Below are positions 57,665 through 64,000 of a DNA stretch of 64,000 bases, piece by piece. A program made the translations under genes and the position numbers. The stretch covers positions 4,526,001 to 4,590,000 of the forward strand of contig OX597834.1 of assembly GCA_951406725.2 (NCBI GenBank). Reading direction: 5' to 3'. Below the pieces are notes generated by a model, which did not search any database, was not told where the DNA came from, and worked only from the letters and a program-made list of their open reading frames with translations. Position 1 is the stretch's first letter. Every line of letters starts with the position of its first letter. This DNA comes from Octopus vulgaris (Eukaryota).

Positions 57665-58955
57665 TTGCGCCTATCTTTCTGTCTGTTTGAATGGTGAAGT
57701 TCCAGAGGAGTGATATGTGATCATTTTCAAGCACTAGGGGCCGTTTGTGTTCCCACTATGGGGCAAGTTCAGGTTTTTCCAAATTACCCAGTGAATATAT
57801 TGTGCAGCTCTGTCATGCCTGTTGAGATACTCTGTAGGCGCTAGAAGACTTGTCCACCAGCATGATCAGTGGTTTCATGTTATTGTTGACATACACGACA
57901 TGTTGGGCTACTGCCTTTCTTTAATATGCTGGCCTGGTAGTTCCTTGTAAGTAGGCATTGATCTTGAGCTGCTATGATAAACCCTTCTGTTTCAGATTTT
58001 AAGCCAGAAGCCATCAGCCATTGATGGGTCAGGGCTTTGTCAACATCTGCATTATTCACTCTCTTTGGGTATTTGCTATTGAGTGGTTTTTCTTGCCATT
58101 TATCTGTCAGAATATCTAAGGCAGCAGTTTTAGAACGGGTTTTCATGAGCTTAGCTTTTTCTGCGCTTGTTTCTCGTATGTCTAATTCCGGAATTTGTTG
58201 TATTTGGAATTCATTTAGATATTCCTTTGCCTGTTTTGTTACTGAGTATGATGCTTTCTTGTTTTCGTGCTTTGAGAAAGCTTTAACATCCAGTCCTCAA
58301 AGTTTTTCAGGTAGGTATCGAGGCCAATTGTGGAAATCTTCATTGTTAATGCCAGTTGTAAAAGTCCACGGCCTCCCTCTTTTCTTGGCAGATAAAGGTA
58401 GCTTTTGCACATTTATCGAGGTCGAACTGCATTCTTATGTCATCACTGAATTGTTTAACAATCGCTAGTAAGCCCTTGAGTTGTTGGTCATTTTTTGCAA
58501 AGAGCTTTAAATCATCCATGTAAATGAGGTGGTTTATATTTTTATCAAACATTTATAACCGTACTGTGCATCATTGAGCAATTTTGAGAGAGGTATTAAG
58601 GCAAGACAAAAGAGGAGTGGTGATAGTGAGTCTCCCTGGAAAATGCCACATGAAAGTTTTACATCTCCAGCATTTAGAGATTTATTGTCACTGTTCAAAG
58701 TCAGTGTGGTTCTCCATGATCTCATACTTACAGACAAAAAGTTTCGCAGTGTAGGCGCTATTTTATACATTTCCAGACATTTCTTAATCCAGCTATATGG
58801 TAGGCTATGAAAAGCTTTTTGTTATAGTCTATCCAGGCAAGTTTTTGTGTCGTTTGTGACAATCTTCTAAGATCATCTTATATATGAGTAGCTGATCTTT
58901 ACAACCATAGGATCCACGTTTACATCCTTTTTGCTCATTAGGGAATATGCTGTAT
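57665..58955 (-). pseudogene. R4/Dong-like non-LTR retrotransposon RT remnant
   Basis: GIFQGDSLSPLLFCLALIPLS, HLIYMDDLKLFAK, and LKSETEGFIIAAQDQ...CRVC zinc knuckle; frameshifted. Confidence 0.85.
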
Positions 58956-59249
58956 TTCAAATGGTCTCTAATATTATTCAAGATCGTTAGATAGATAGAT
59001 GAAAAGATACGTGAAGAATTCAGGATCTGTCCCAGGTCAGAGTGCCCTTATCATCGGGTAATACGGGCCGGGGTAGGGCTACCTTTGCAATTTCCCTATA
59101 GAACAAGGTCTAGGACATGTTTAAGGTTCATGACAGAAACAAAAATATAAGCCACTATTTAAGGAAAAATATTAGAAAACAGAATATAAGAAAATCACAT
59201 TTGTCAGAAAATATCGTTTTAGTAATGAACTTCAAATCATCATAAGTCA

Positions 59250-60312
59250 TTCCAGCAAGGAAATTGACAGCTATGGAATACATTTTCGTTTTCGGGATTG
59301 GCGTGAACGATCGTTCTCCGGGCTGTCCATTTTAATGCCCCAACAGTAGTCCGCCATCTTTCTAATATCCCAACGTCTTTCATATCTTTCTTCCATTACA
59401 CTGATGTCCTGATGAAAACGCTTTCCTTGTTCATCACTTACATCATCACAGTTTTCAGATGACTGAAGGAAGTGTACTTTGATACTCATGTTAGCTTCGA
59501 GAGCATGATAGCATGTCGGCATATGTTCAGCAAGATCCTTATAGTCCGCTGACTTCTTACTCCCCAAAGGTTTTTAACGGTAGCTACGAATGCATTCCAC
59601 GCGTTTGATTCTAGGACAGTCATACTGCTTACAATGGTCTTATCCTGAATAAGTTTTCGTATATCAAGTCCATCAAGAACACCTACTTTCAGCTTCTTGA
59701 CGCTGAGGCCAGGAAATACTTCACAAATATACTCGAAGCAACGACCTTCCTTGTCTAGAGCTTTCACAAAATGTTTCATTAAACCCAGTTTTATGTGGAG
59801 AGGAGGGAAAACTATTTACTCTCTTGACACAAGTGGAAGATTTATGACGTTTTTCTCCCCGACTTTCAATTCTTCTCGAACAGGCCAAACCTTTTTCACC
59901 CAGTGTTGTTCTTTGGCACGGCTGTCCCATAAGCATAAAAATATGGGTATTTTGTGTAGTAATCATTGTGATGATTCTTCGGTTCACGCCATATCATAGG
60001 AATCCCAAATTTAAGGGAGATTTGAGTACCTTTCGTCCACTCTCCTTGCATGACAGTAATGTTTACAGTGTTTGTTTCAATGCCAATTTGCATTGTTATA
60101 GCTTGAAGAACTAAAAAAATAGTATTTAGAAATATCAGGACACAATAGCATTTTTGGTCAAAATTTGCGATTTTTTTCTTAAAAAAGGGTTTTTTATACA
60201 GCTCAAACCTGACGTGATGGGAGAAAATTGAGGCCATTTTTGGATTCAGCACCTCAAAATTAGCAAAGAAAGAAGGTTTCTTGTCCCAGTAGAAAAACTG
60301 TGTTGACCAGTG
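59250..60312 (-). mobile_element. Chapaev3-like DNA transposon remnant with one terminus
   Basis: PMIWREPKNH, PPLHIKLGLMKHFVKAL and MSIKVHFL..VSDEQGKRFHQDI..MADYCW. Terminus CACTGGTCAACAC at 60312. The superfamily name is from recall. Confidence 0.7.
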
Positions 60313-61985
60313 TTATAGTTATCTTTAAGAAATAAGTCACACCTCGAAGTTAATCTTAGAAATATGAGAGATTTGATATCTACGCGTTTCCTTTTCGAAA
60401 ATTTTACTATTATACATACTATAGAAGTTGGAAAAATATCCAAGTATATGCTCTGGTTTAAGTTCAGTGATGGCATATCGGGTAGCAATAGAGTTTTATT
60501 AATGAAAATTATATAGGAGGAATAATTATTATACGAGGAATGATTAATATGAACTCTCTGCAAGAATATTCTAGACATTTCTATATTAAATGAACAATAT
60601 TAAGTTTACAAGAATTTCAAAATTTAATCAATCAACAATACTACATAGCAAGTACTTATTTGATCATCTAGAAATCAAGATGGTGGTGATATTGCAGACG
60701 ATGATGAAGACGATGTAGAAGAAGAGGAAGAAGACGAAGAAGAAGAAGGAGGAGAAGACGATGAAGACGAAGAAGATGAAGAAGATGAAGAAGAAGGAAT
60801 AGCAGTAGTTGGAGTAGCAGAGTAGCCGTAGTGGTACCATTAATATTTCATTCATTTTAATATTGTTGTTATTTATCTTAATCGGACAAAGGCAACATAA
60901 ATATATCTATTTTGAAATTCGAAACTCCCCAGTGTATCATTTCTTAAGTATCATTTAATTCCTTCTGATACATATAGAAAATAAATAATGGTTTCTAATA
61001 AAATGTATTTTATGATATCGGACTATGTGACTGATGTATATTTGACCGGTACCAGCGTGTGGAACCTGAAAGGCATCCTAAAGAATAGCATTCTGAAAGC
61101 AACTTTGCAATTTAAGACCGTAACTTAAAAACAATATTCCCGAGAGGAAACATTTAAATTAAACTGCGATGATTCATCTGCAGATAAAAAGAAAATGATT
61201 TATTTCTACTTTTATTATTGTCTATTTTCCCCGGTGCTTCGAAGTCTATCAATAACCAGAACTAAATTAAAAAAATAATTGTTCTATTTCAGAGAAGGCA
61301 CCCTCCCTAAATATTGGTTTATATTTTGGCACAAGGCCAGCAATTCCAGGAAAAGAGTGAAGTCAACCTCAGTGGTACTTATTTTATCCGAAACGGTGAA
61401 AGGCAAAGTTGACCTCGGCGGAATTTGGAGTCGAAATGTGCAGACAGGCGAAATGCCGTCAAGCATTTTGCCCGGAGTGCTACCAATTCTGTCAGCTCTC
61501 CGCCCTAGATCTTCCCTAAATATTCGATAAAGAGTTTAGCTTGAAGTTGTAAACGAAATTCTAAAAAGACCCTCTAAAACGTTCGGATCAGATTTAAGGG
61601 AGAGAGAGTTTTGACTCGATCGTGTCATGAAGTTTGAAACTCTTGGAAATCTAAAACAAGACTTTGATCCTATTGCAATTGCGATTAGTATTAAATTTGA
61701 AACCGGGTCTGTTTCGTTTAGTTCGAAAGACCTGTTAATACTGCTGAACCAAGGAACGAATCCCTTTCATAAATTTCGTTGAAATAATTGACTTTTCTTA
61801 GGAAACTATTTATAGCTAGAAGGACTAACTAAATTATTTCGGCTTAATTGATAACGATCCGAAATATTTTATTTATAATATTTCACTATTTACTTTGAAA
61901 AAACCTGACTTACTCTGAATAATATGTGTACCAAAGCGAACAAATCAACGAAAATTGAAGAATTCTAAACGAAGAATTGGTCGAA

Positions 61986-62036
<51 letters not shown>

Positions 62037-62734
62037 CAACTTATAAGTAAGGCTTAAAGAAAATTATTTCAATGCCAATATGCTGATAACAGACTATTAA
62101 ATCGTCAATTTCCACATATAATTTACTCGCTACAGATATACAGATATACCCCAGTTATATCTAAAAATAAAAATTATTTGGTCAGCCTCAGTACAACGTG
62201 TTGACTGTTCCCAACTACAGGTTATAGTGGTTACCAGTCCCTATAGCGAGTAGTCTTTTTGAGATTAATTCCGAAATTGATTCAATATAGAAATAACGAA
62301 TTTAAAAAAAATTCTAACGGCCGGTTTGCCCGACTTCAGTTCTTCGGTTTTTGCTGTAGCGAGTAAATTATATGTGGAAATTGACGATTTAATAATATGT
62401 TACCAGCATATTGACTTTGGAATAATTTTCTTTAGCCCTTACTTATAAGTTGTTTATAATTTTAACTGTAAAGGTATTTTAATATGCTGCCACATTTCTT
62501 GATGGAATTTTTTTCTGTAGAGAAAAGAAACATCATCCTATATTAGTAGTAGACTTATAACTACTCACTATAGGGACGTAACCACTATAACCTGTAGTGT
62601 GGAACAGTCAACACGTTGTACTGAGGCTGACCAAAGAATTTTTATTTTTAGATATAACTGGGGTACTTAAATGTACCCATGTTTTTTGCTTCGGCTTTTT
62701 CCATGGGCGCATGTAAGTATCTTATTTATATCCT

Positions 62735-62809
62735 TTCGTAAGTTCTGCTGAGGAGGAATAAGTGTTTTTGAGATTAATTCCGAAATTGATTCAATATAGA
62801 AATAACGAA
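62735..62809 (+). ncRNA. Type I hammerhead ribozyme (array unit 2)
   Basis: TTCTG-CTGAGGA-GGAAT..17nt..ATTCC-GAAA-TTG att CAA-TA^TAGAA. Distal stem I TTCGT/ACGAA beyond a 3x3 internal loop. Predicted AUA cleavage after 62796. Confidence 0.88.
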
Positions 62810-63244
62810 TTTAAAAAAAATTCTAACGGCCGGCTTGCCCGACTTCAGTTCTTCGGTTTTTGCTGTAGCGAGTAAATTATATGCGGAAATTGACGATTTA
62901 ATAGTCTGTTATCAGCATATTGGCATTGAAATAATTTTCTTTAGCCCTTACTTATAAGTTGTTTATAATTTTAACCGTAAAGGTATTTTAATATGCTGCC
63001 ACATTTCTTGATGGAATTTTTTTCTGTAGAGAAAAAAAAACACCATCCTATATTAGTAGTAGACTTATAACTACTCACTATAAGGACGTAACCACTATAA
63101 CCTGTAGTGGGGAACAGTCAACACGTTGTACTGAGGCTGACCAAAGAATTTTTATTTTTAGATATAACAAGGGTACTTAAATGTACTCATGTTTTTTGCT
63201 TTGGCTTTTTCCATGGGCGCATGTAAGTATCTTATTTATATCCT

Positions 63245-63319
63245 TTCGTAAGTTCTACTGAGGAGGAATGAGTCTTTTTGAGATTAATTCCGAAATTGAT
63301 TCAATATAGAAATAACGAA
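63245..63319 (+). ncRNA. Type I hammerhead ribozyme (array unit 3)
   Basis: Same fold with perfect stem I TTCTA/TAGAA. Predicted cleavage after 63306. Confidence 0.88.
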
Positions 63320-63566
63320 TTTAAAAAAAATTCTAACGGCCGGCTTGCCCGACTTCAGTTCTTCGGTTTTTGCTGTAGCGAGTAAATTATATGTGGAAAT
63401 TGACGATTTAAAAGTCTGTTATCAGCATATTGGCATTGAAATAATTTTCTTTAGCCCTTACTTATAAGTTGTTTATAATTTTAACCGTAAAGGTATTTTA
63501 ATATGCTGCCACATTTCTTGATGGAATTTTTTTCTGAAGAGAAAAAAACTTCATCCTATATTAGTA

Positions 63567-63612
<46 letters not shown>

Positions 63613-64000
63613 TATGTATAAATCAGTATGTAAAACATATGAGCGAAACAGTATCATTTGCATTTAGGATCAGTGTTTGTTATTGTAATCGTGCGGTGTT
63701 GTTTAGCATAATGTTGTTATTGAGTAAATGGTTCGAGAAGCTAAGTTCTACCCTGTATATATTCCAAGTCTAGAGTTTTGTTTGATGATCATTGGTTTTC
63801 AGTATGTGCGGTGAACATATGTTGGAATGGATAGGAGAACATCCGGAACTTGATTTTGTTGATAAAATCTAGAAGCTTGAATTGCTAATCTTGAGGGGTA
63901 ATTTTAGTGATCTTTTGCAGAATACCATGGACGTAAGATTTTCATTTTATCCTTTTCAGGAGTCTACAGTTTTGTCAAGTAATTATCTTGGCTTATAACC

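Larger units (their letters stand above)
62036..63567 (+). mobile_element. Retrozyme / Penelope-like pLTR tandem array: ~2.6 direct units of 509-510 bp plus two inverted 5' fragments, between (TA)n tracts
   Basis: The GAAATTGATTCAATATAGAA motif recurs at 62273, 62782 and 63292. 62036-62135 and 62147-62253 are reverse complements of unit segments. (TA)n at ~61988-62031 and ~63568-63610. No ORF. Confidence 0.85.

Noticed and set aside
62556-62576. T7 promoter-like TATAACTACTCACTATAGGGA (14-nt exact match ACTCACTATAGGGA)
   Set aside because: It is an integral part of the diverged tandem unit (other copies read TAAGGA or CTCGCTATAGGG), and there is no vector context, so most likely coincidence.
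62252-63567. CRISPR-like or coding interpretation of the tandem array
   Set aside because: Units are near-identical along their whole length with no unique spacers and no ORF, in a eukaryotic context.

Overview
AT-rich, repeat-saturated eukaryotic (animal) DNA. The three abundant tRNA-derived SINE families and the (TA)n/(CA)n load look like an Octopus/cephalopod genome; this is inference from recall, not a database match. No intact protein-coding gene is visible. Almost all listed ORFs are microsatellite or SINE artefacts, and the real coding remnants are decayed transposons (RTE-like, R4/Dong-like, HERO/NeSL-like and CR1/L2-group LINEs; Tc1, mariner, pogo/Tigger and Chapaev-like DNA transposons), alongside non-autonomous Helitrons. 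The main signal not explained by the ORF track is about a dozen type I hammerhead ribozyme (HHR) motifs from several unrelated sequence families, nearly all in short non-coding elements abutting (TA)n tracts. They include a ~510-bp tandem array with one HHR per unit (62.0-63.6 kb, retrozyme-like, with the HHR inside a putative intron), a 131-bp palindrome with an HHR on each strand, HHRs with 30-95 nt loop-II insertions, and tandem minimal HHRs with a non-canonical core. All RNA folds were paired by eye and coordinates counted by hand.
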